A DNA stretch of 53,323 nt from a virus. Taxonomy: Duplodnaviria; Heunggongvirae; Uroviricota; Caudoviricetes. The first letter of the stretch is position 1, and every line of letters starts with the position of its first letter. Below, piece by piece: positions 47,401-53,323 of the stretch. Location of the stretch: IMG/VR virus record IMGVR_UViG_3300042564_003265. One strand, given 5' to 3'. The notes under the pieces were generated by a model. It searched no databases. It worked only from the letters and a program-made list of their open reading frames with translations, and was not told the origin of the DNA. Made by a program: the position numbers and the translations under genes.

Positions 47401-48791
47401 GCAAACCCGTAATTTGTTACTTGACTACTACTTGAGACAATACCACTCGGTAATTGTGCTGAACCAGACCAAACTCCACTACCATTTAATACTTGTGAAC
47501 TACCAGATACAGTTCCGGCGGGTAATTGAACACTACCGCTCCAAACTCCGCTTCCATTTAATACTTGTGATGAACCTGATACAGTACCCGTGGGTAATGA
47601 CGCAACTACTTGTATTGAACTTGATATAACACTATCACTATTAAGTTTATTTTTAATTGTTGTGTTAATCGATGATGTAAACGAATTCAAACTACTTGTG
47701 GCGGTATGAATGGCATTTATATTAGTAGTATTGCTACTTGTATATGTGTTTAAACTCGCAGTCGAAGTGTGAATTGCGTTTATCTTACCATCATTAGATG
47801 ATGTATATGAATTTAAACTACCTGTTGCTGTGTGAATAGCATTAATATTAGTTGTGTTACTACTTGTGTAAGAATTTAAACTCGCGGTAGATGTATGAAT
47901 TGCATTTACATTGGTGGTATTTGAAGATGTATAAGAATTTAAACTACTTGAAGCAGTTTGTAATGTTCCTATTACTGTGTTGTTACTACCTGTATATGTG
48001 TTTAAAGATGCTATCGAACCCGTAACACCTTCAATGGATGTTAAACGACTCGACGCACTTGATGTAAAACTATTAATACTACTTGTTGCAGTTTGTAATG
48101 TTCCTATTACGGTATTATTAGAACCTGTATAGGTATTCAATGACGCAATTGAACCACTAATACCTTCGATAGAATCTAATCTACCTCCTGCACTACTTGT
48201 GAATGAATTTAACGAAGCCGTTGAGGTATGAATGGCATTAATATTAGTTGTGTTACTACTTGTATATGAGTTTAAACTACCGGTCGATGTATGAATCGCA
48301 TTAATGTTAGTAGTATTTGAACTTGTGTAAGTGTTTAAACTTCCTGTAGATGTGTGAATTGCATCTATATTCGTAGTGTTAGACGCACTATATGTGTTTA
48401 AACTTCCTGTGGAAGTTTCTATAGATGTTAATCTTAAATTAGTACTTGATGTGTAACCATTAATACTACCCGTGCTTGTCTCAAGATTTGTAATTCTTGT
48501 ATTAGTAGCTCCACTATAAGTACTAAAAGTACTTTCAGCCAATCTACCTGTTTCGACAGGTTGTCCGTTCAGGTCTATTGAACCTGTCATTAATAATGAA
48601 CCGGTGATTTTGTGGGTATCCTCTATTGAGTTACCAAATTGGGTTGAACCTGACTCGAAAAGGACCGAAGAACTAACAATTGAGATGATTAGTTGGTCTG
48701 CGGTTATTGTCCCTCTGACGGTTAAGTCTTGTTCGAAATCGGCTGAGCCAGACACGACAAGACCATTCTTGATTTTGAATTCGTTTGCCAT
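44424..48791 (-). CDS. Long Ser/Thr-rich tail-fibre-like protein (1455 aa)
   Basis: Coiled-coil-like 21-aa repeats, SGSSQ repeats, modular C-terminal half, and YTNDLHLSN...GNWTIQEG..NLY...N..GKKFK C-terminus typical of phage fibres. Confidence 0.8.
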   Translation of the reverse strand: MANEFKIKNGLVVSGSADFEQDLTVRGTITADQLIISIVSSSVLFESGSTQFGNSIEDTHKITGSLLMTGSIDLNGQPVETGRLAESTFSTYSGATNTRITNLETSTGSINGYTSSTNLRLTSIETSTGSLNTYSASNTTNIDAIHTSTGSLNTYTSSNTTNINAIHTSTGSLNSYTSSNTTNINAIHTSTASLNSFTSSAGGRLDSIEGISGSIASLNTYTGSNNTVIGTLQTATSSINSFTSSASSRLTSIEGVTGSIASLNTYTGSNNTVIGTLQTASSSLNSYTSSNTTNVNAIHTSTASLNSYTSSNTTNINAIHTATGSLNSYTSSNDGKINAIHTSTASLNTYTSSNTTNINAIHTATSSLNSFTSSINTTIKNKLNSDSVISSSIQVVASLPTGTVSGSSQVLNGSGVWSGSVQLPAGTVSGSSQVLNGSGVWSGSAQLPSGIVSSSSQVTNYGFATTGSNTFKSNQTISGSVIITENLTVFGSSSITYVTSSQLRVEDNIITVNTASPGSRFGGLEVHDSGSVGIATGSLLWDSVNNRWVYQNSSEASYGGGVLLSGPRSSGSLGSELTLTSGRVAKSAGGDHLNDSNITDNGTLVSINSNTEITGTFTVGGGGKIVAATVGGDEGGEILLGKAVTNTTLNGSGVNIDVYQNKLRIWEDGSPNRGAYLDISTLGSGVSTNLLGTVATASYVEYSNVANKPALVSGSSQITFLSISSIPSGLVSGSSQVLNGSGVWSGSAQLPSGVVSGSSQITFLSISSIPSGLVSGSSQVLAGTGIWSGSAQLPSGVVSGSSQVLNGSGVWSGSAQLPSGVVSGSSQITYGSISSIPSGIVSGSSQISFGSITGLPSGLVSGSSQITYGSLSGIPSGIVSGSSQISFGSITGVPSGLVSGSSQITLSSTTGFGSYLNQAVLTSSSPTFDQVITSNNGNGTNFRLGDDAWMGDINLANTFRIQGVQNAANAYIVFGNGDTTALGRASTGALTYGGNTVYHAGNLTNLNQLTNGPGYITGINSSAVTTALGYTPYNATNPNGYITGISFANVSSKPTTISGYGITDAITTGNIGSQSVSYATTAGALTSMNISQFTNNSGYITGIAFSSVSSKPTTLSGYGITDSLYQDRATINVNSFNATGLYRGSTSGWTNRPTSVHNGGALLTIDTHPGDYHSQLFFDTGDTTALGRASTGALTYGGNTVYHAGNLTNLNQLTNGPGYITSSSNITGTASNITAYTINQSVGTGNSPSFASVSAPQIAATSTADATGLSLRSTSEVLSGEGWATALYCYNNNDGFLVLGRDAATTARPVFHVGGYNNAGYAGYSDGDAMITLVRMDGTKNTGSTYAGRGLSNSSYYSNVIKTTTKTVFKDSQNLFEFVGTVQPSANNTYNLGSTTLGWANVYTNDLHLSNMNKPEGNDIDGTSGNWTIQEGAENLYIINNNNGKKFKISLEEIK
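45130..45864. repeat. 123-bp perfect direct repeat (45130-45252 and 45742-45864)
   Basis: Compared base by base; both copies encode GDTTALGRASTGALTYGGNTVYHAGNLTNLNQLTNGPGYIT. Confidence 0.95.
46452..46655. repeat. 75-bp perfect direct repeat (46452-46526 and 46581-46655)
   Basis: Identical copies encoding SGSSQITFLSISSIPSGLVSGSSQV. Confidence 0.9.
47650..48530 (-). repeat. Degenerate ~21-aa coding repeats (SLN(S/T)YTSSNTTNINAIHT)
   Basis: Seen in the translation; approximate bounds. Confidence 0.8.
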
Positions 48792-48792
48792 A

Positions 48793-48834
48793 ATTTATTA
48801 GTTTCACTGTCCACTAATGTGTTACTAATAAATA
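48793..48834 (-). promoter_or_regulatory. TATTTAT motif (48828-48834) overlapping a 10-bp inverted repeat that reaches to 1 nt before the start codon
   Basis: ATTTATTAGT (48793-48802) and ACTAATAAAT (48824-48833) on the + strand. Confidence 0.45.
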
Positions 48835-48842
48835 CTTACTTT

Positions 48843-51800
48843 TTAACAAGCATATGAATTAATTACATAACCCGATTCATCTATTTGTAAAGTTGTTCCA
48901 TAATCGGCAGTTGAGTTACCATAATACTTGTTATTACCGTTGAATGGTGCTGCGAATCCTGAACTTGTGTAGAATCTGGTAATTTCCAACCAATCAGAAG
49001 CGTTACCATAAACTGTTTGACTTTGTCCAAATAATCCTGAACAATAATCAGGTGCGGTACTTCCTGAACTAATTTGATAACTTGTTGTTACACATTCACC
49101 AGTTTCGACAATTGTACCACTCGAATCTAAACGAACCCAAGTTGGGTCGTAATAGTCTTTATAATAACCTGCAGGGTATGGAGTTGTTAAATTAATACTA
49201 GTGTACCATACCCTTCCGATGTCAAACGAGTTTTCATTAAAATTAAGACAAACATATGGATTGTTTGATGGTGTCATTACATTTGAACAAACATCAGTTA
49301 CATCTGAACCTCCGTAAATGTTAATAAGCATTCCTACAGTACATCCTGTTGATGTTGGTGTAGGGGTTGGAGTTGGGGTCGGGGTTGATGTCACAGTTGG
49401 TGTAGGTGTGGGTGTTGATGTCGGGGTGGGTGGTGTAATTTCACTACAACCTAACGCTCTATAAAGAACCTCAACCGCCCAAGTTCCTGAAGATATATTA
49501 GCATTTAAAACACCCGCATTTGATACACTAAACGTAACATCCGTTGTCGACCCTAAGTCCATTGTAGAACTTTCGTTATATACAGAGTTTGTTCCGTTCC
49601 AAGCTGACATAATTAAACCAGCTCTCATATTGTTACCATTTTTAACAACATAATCAAAATTAGCACCATCAAAAGTACCTAAATCAAAAATTGCAGTGTT
49701 AGATGAAATGGTAACACATTTCGAACCCATTGTTGCAACTCCAATTGTCGTTGTTCCACTAATCGTTTGGTTACCGTAAAAAATATTTGACCCTGTAGTT
49801 GCAAAACCAAAATTTGTAATTTGTTGTGAACCTGATATAATACCACCTTTCCAACGAGGACTATCACCATCTGTTGCAAGTACATATTCAACATAACTTC
49901 CACTTATATATGGTAATCCCCCACCAACAGTTACACTAACTTTACCACTTTGTGCTGACGGGAATGTTACAACTAATGTGTTGTCATTTTGTGCCAATAT
50001 ATCACCAGGTATAACCACATATCCATTAGAATCAAATACCTCAATTGATGGATATCTTTCACCTAAGTTATGTGTTACTGTCCAAGTTGTTGACGCCGAT
50101 GTTTGGTTGTGGATATAAGTTTTTCCTTCACCTCCGCCACCAGCATTTAAAGCAAATGCTGCGGTCACCGCATATGACGCACTTAATACGGTCATTGAAG
50201 CCGTTTCCGATGTTAATACTACACTTGAACTAAATGTATTCAATGAATCAACAGAACCTGTAATGATGTCCATTCTATCATTCAATGATGATGATAGATT
50301 TGTTGTACTGATGTTTAATTCTTTAATGTAACCATTACCATTCGTGTCAGTTACTGAAGTGGTTATTTCAATACCTCCTTGTGGAATGATTTCAAATGCG
50401 TCAGAACCTGTGGCTCTTAACATTGTTGAACCGGAAACAAATATATCTCTGAAGTGTGAACCAATCGATATAAATGCAGTACCTGCAACTGATTCACTTA
50501 CATTTAAACCTGTACTATCGTCAAATTGTAATTTTGAAAACTGTTTGTCATATGTGTTACCATCGACATCAGAACCTGTAATATGAAATGGTACATTTGT
50601 TAAACCTGTGGCGTCACCACTAAGTGAACCTGTTATTGAATTGGCAATTAAACTACCACTAACAGTAATTGTTGAGCCCGTTTCGGAAATGATTGAATCT
50701 CCAATGTGGTCACCACCAATTGATTTTGGTATTCTTCCGTTTGTTAATGTTTGTTCGTCACCTAAAGAACCTGTATTTCTTGGTCCGGCAATAAACATCG
50801 CACCACCATAATATGCTTCCGAACTATTTTGATATATCCATCTATTATTTTGACCATCCCAAAATAATGATGCAGTTACTGAACCATTAGAACCTGAATC
50901 GTGAACTTCAATACCTGCAAATCTTTCGGCAGGATACGAAGCATTTAATATAATTTTATTATCCTCAATAACTAATTGGGATGCTGTTGTATATACGATG
51001 GATGATGACCCAAGTACCGTTAAATTTTGACTAATGGTTAAACTACCGGTAACAACATAATTACCTTCTAACGATTTACCATTTTTCCATACACTACCAC
51101 TTCTAATTAATAAATCACCGTGAGTAATTCCACTACTATAAATCACATCGTGAGCCTCATTTAATTCAATACCGTTATCGATACGAACGTAAATGGAACC
51201 ATTATTTTGTTGTACTCTTAATACCTCTCCGAGACGAACACCGTGATTTGGTGCTGCTGGTGGTGTTGTGGTAAATGTACCATTCGTTCCCAAAAATAAT
51301 AGAGCACCTGCGGTCATTCCGTTAGTATTAACACCCGTCAACACACCTTCAGTAATAATTAAACCAAAACTATCATTTGGTATATTTTCTGTTGCAATAC
51401 CTAAAGTATTTGCTGAATTGTGTTCTGTTGTTGGGTCCGCAATTCCAATTAATGGATTATCACCTGTTGCACCAACAATTCTAACAACGGTGCCCTTGTT
51501 GATTTGTACACCGGTAACGTTTTTACAATACACATCTGTTTGTAATGTTCTGAATGACATTGATGCAGATGGAACTAACTGTGAACTACTATAAGTTTCT
51601 AAGGTATCTAATCTTGAGTCTATTGAACCTGAAACGGTAACTAAATCAGTTACTCCTGATAATGGAATATTATATAATCTACTACCATCACCAATAAATG
51701 AACTTGATATGTTAGATGCAGTTACATCACTTGATAAATTAATTGACCCCGAAACATTTATTGAACCTGTGATTGTTGTGTCTGTATTAACTTCAAACCC

Positions 51801-52139
51801 TCTATCAGGTGAAATTGAAGCACTTACACTACCGCTGACAATTTTAAATAATTCTAAACCTGTAACACCACTCGCAGGAATATCATATAAACCTGAACCA
51901 TTACCTTTAAATGAACCTGTAAATATCGATGCGGTCACATCACCAACTAAATGTATTGAGCCAGTATTAACCGTGTTTGTTGAGATTAATTCCTCAACTG
52001 TTGGTCCGAGAGAACCTGAAACTGCCATATAAACCTTACCGTCTGTAGTGTTTAATGCTAATTCTCCTAATTGTAAATTCGAGTTAGTGGGCTTTTGACC
52101 GGATACACTACTCCTACGCAGTTTTACTATTTGTGCCAT
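48843..52139 (-). CDS. Multi-domain tail/fibre-like protein (1098 aa) with Pro/Thr linker
   Basis: N-terminal KLRRS...GELALNTTDGKVY (Mtd N-terminal-like); internal WTVTHNL module; (PT)n linker; Cys-containing C-terminal region. Confidence 0.75.
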   Translation of the reverse strand: MAQIVKLRRSSVSGQKPTNSNLQLGELALNTTDGKVYMAVSGSLGPTVEELISTNTVNTGSIHLVGDVTASIFTGSFKGNGSGLYDIPASGVTGLELFKIVSGSVSASISPDRGFEVNTDTTITGSINVSGSINLSSDVTASNISSSFIGDGSRLYNIPLSGVTDLVTVSGSIDSRLDTLETYSSSQLVPSASMSFRTLQTDVYCKNVTGVQINKGTVVRIVGATGDNPLIGIADPTTEHNSANTLGIATENIPNDSFGLIITEGVLTGVNTNGMTAGALLFLGTNGTFTTTPPAAPNHGVRLGEVLRVQQNNGSIYVRIDNGIELNEAHDVIYSSGITHGDLLIRSGSVWKNGKSLEGNYVVTGSLTISQNLTVLGSSSIVYTTASQLVIEDNKIILNASYPAERFAGIEVHDSGSNGSVTASLFWDGQNNRWIYQNSSEAYYGGAMFIAGPRNTGSLGDEQTLTNGRIPKSIGGDHIGDSIISETGSTITVSGSLIANSITGSLSGDATGLTNVPFHITGSDVDGNTYDKQFSKLQFDDSTGLNVSESVAGTAFISIGSHFRDIFVSGSTMLRATGSDAFEIIPQGGIEITTSVTDTNGNGYIKELNISTTNLSSSLNDRMDIITGSVDSLNTFSSSVVLTSETASMTVLSASYAVTAAFALNAGGGGEGKTYIHNQTSASTTWTVTHNLGERYPSIEVFDSNGYVVIPGDILAQNDNTLVVTFPSAQSGKVSVTVGGGLPYISGSYVEYVLATDGDSPRWKGGIISGSQQITNFGFATTGSNIFYGNQTISGTTTIGVATMGSKCVTISSNTAIFDLGTFDGANFDYVVKNGNNMRAGLIMSAWNGTNSVYNESSTMDLGSTTDVTFSVSNAGVLNANISSGTWAVEVLYRALGCSEITPPTPTSTPTPTPTVTSTPTPTPTPTPTSTGCTVGMLINIYGGSDVTDVCSNVMTPSNNPYVCLNFNENSFDIGRVWYTSINLTTPYPAGYYKDYYDPTWVRLDSSGTIVETGECVTTSYQISSGSTAPDYCSGLFGQSQTVYGNASDWLEITRFYTSSGFAAPFNGNNKYYGNSTADYGTTLQIDESGYVINSYAC
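49347..49436 (-). repeat. Pro/Thr low-complexity linker TPPTPTSTPTPTPTVTSTPTPTPTPTPTST
   Basis: Read from the translation. Confidence 0.9.
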
Positions 52140-52164
52140 ATATATGGTTCTCTCCTATGTGTTT

Positions 52165-52201
52165 GTGGTATATACCACGGTTAATTAACCTATGTAGGTT
52201 A
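52165..52201. promoter_or_regulatory. Three abutting palindromes in the leader of the 1098-aa gene
   Basis: GTGGTATATACCAC (52165-52178), GGTTAATTAACC (52179-52190), TAACCTA-tg-TAGGTTA (52186-52201). Confidence 0.5.
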
Positions 52202-52205
52202 TACT

Positions 52206-52212
52206 ATAAATA
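52206..52212 (-). promoter_or_regulatory. TATTTAT motif
   Basis: Lies between the upstream terminator and the palindromic leader. Confidence 0.4.
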
Positions 52213-52236
52213 CATAAAATTTTGAATTAAATAAAT

Positions 52237-52263
52237 AAAAAAGGGAAGACTTTTGGTCTTCCC
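52237..52263 (-). terminator. Intrinsic terminator for the 52290-53323 gene
   Basis: Minus strand GGGAAGAC-caaaa-GTCTTCCC followed by a T run. Confidence 0.85.
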
Positions 52264-52289
52264 CTTTATGTAAATTATAAATTTAATTT

Positions 52290-53323
52290 TTAATAAGTTC
52301 CTCCATCAATTACTGTGGAGAATTTCAATGTACCATCTGAATTTTTATAACCTAAAATTCCATCAAGAACGTCTGTACCTTCTGTTGTTGATACATAACC
52401 TAAAACATTTGTACTGTTTTTAAATACGATAGCAGATGTCTTAGTTCCGTTATCAGTTCCACCTGAAAAAGATAGGGTTACATTACCCGCAATTGTTGTA
52501 TCTCCATTAGATGCTGTAACTTGGAATTTGTTTGTGTTATAAGATAATGTTGTTCCATTATCAGTTAACAAACTGTCTCCGATATTGTTTAATCCTGTTG
52601 CTTTTGGTATTGTTCCGCTAGTTAAACTAGTTTCAGAACCATACGCCCCTGCAGTTGTTCCTACTAATTTACTTGAATCTCCACTTGCAGATACAAACAT
52701 CCAATAATCATTCAATGAATCCCAAACTAATGATGCAGATGTGTTTGAAGAACCTGAATCAATTACTTCAAAACCTGCATATCTTTCAAATGGTGAATAT
52801 GCGTTTAATCTGATTATATTATCGTCCAATTCAACTGTTTGTGATTGAATTGTTACATTTGTTGCATTTCCTAAAATTTGTAAATTACCTGACACATATA
52901 AATCATTTTGTAAGTATGTGTCTCCTGTTACTGTTAATACTCCTCCGATGTTAACCGCATCTACAACGTGTAAATCATTTCCAAGGTTTAAAGAACCCGA
53001 TGTTCTAATATCTCCATCAATTGAATCAACTTCAAATTCACCAGCACCAATCTTGAATGCAATACCGTCAAAAGTAAATCCTGAAGTATTTTGTAATTCA
53101 CCATTAGCACCTGCCGTTACGATACCATCCAATACTAAATCTTCGACTGTTGCGTGCGCCATTGTCGCCATACCATCAACATCTAATGTAGATTTAAAAT
53201 ATACAGAACCTGTAACATCTAATGTTGAGTTGATACCCACAGAACCTTTAAGTTCAGAAGTACTATGTGCTTCTAAAGTTCCATAAAGATTTGTTACACC
53301 ACTTACCGATAATCCATTGTGGA
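52290..53323 (-). CDS. Fibre/beta-helix-like structural protein, 5' partial
   Basis: Frame stays open upstream of the track GTG to the window end (...HNGLSVSGVTNLYGTLEAHSTSELKGSVGINSTLDV); carries the DNII...DSGS...WD module; ends IDGGTY. Confidence 0.75.
   Translation of the reverse strand, partial: HNGLSVSGVTNLYGTLEAHSTSELKGSVGINSTLDVTGSVYFKSTLDVDGMATMAHATVEDLVLDGIVTAGANGELQNTSGFTFDGIAFKIGAGEFEVDSIDGDIRTSGSLNLGNDLHVVDAVNIGGVLTVTGDTYLQNDLYVSGNLQILGNATNVTIQSQTVELDDNIIRLNAYSPFERYAGFEVIDSGSSNTSASLVWDSLNDYWMFVSASGDSSKLVGTTAGAYGSETSLTSGTIPKATGLNNIGDSLLTDNGTTLSYNTNKFQVTASNGDTTIAGNVTLSFSGGTDNGTKTSAIVFKNSTNVLGYVSTTEGTDVLDGILGYKNSDGTLKFSTVIDGGTY

Noticed and set aside
45430-53286. Plus-strand ORFs over the fibre genes and the short opposite-strand or alternate-frame ORFs throughout the island
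   Set aside because: Fully overlap well-supported genes and show no motifs or start context.
1-53323. Alternative genetic code (stop-codon reassignment)
   Set aside because: Genes are full length and tightly packed under the standard code; TAA, TGA and TAG all act as stops.
1-53323. tRNA, rRNA, integrase or transposase
   Set aside because: Intergenic gaps are too short and no such structures or motifs were seen by eye; a tRNAscan/Infernal run would confirm.

Overview
AT-rich (roughly 70% A+T by eye), densely coded window, almost all on the minus strand, standard genetic code. It most likely comes from a large tailed bacteriophage; this is inferred from the operon layout, sigma70-like promoters, intrinsic terminators and fibre-like proteins. 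Layout: (i) 1-2610, a partial Ser/Thr-rich fibre-like gene. (ii) 2665-40676, a ~38 kb island of about 45 modification-enzyme genes: several glycosyltransferase-like families, 4 SGNH proteins, 6 Fe(II)/2OG-type oxygenase domains, a flavin-dependent halogenase, 2 sulfotransferases with a CysC-based PAPS module, a carbamoyltransferase, 2 radical SAM proteins, a methyltransferase, and an inverted nucleotide-sugar cassette with ThDP E1-alpha/beta subunits. (iii) 40713-53323, virion-type genes (Gly-rich, LamG and long fibre proteins). The standout feature is ORF 7415-8905. It fuses a circularly permuted ATP-grasp-like domain to a Hint domain that appears able to cleave only at its C-terminus, followed by a 29-aa Cys/Trp/Tyr-rich peptide (TCWCPWNYCGHYCNSWYCPGCSNAPIPKL), and it sits among tailoring enzymes. 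This is a candidate self-releasing, RiPP-like precursor-ligase system. No tRNA, rRNA, CRISPR array, integrase or reverse transcriptase was seen. All family names come from motif recognition, not database searches.
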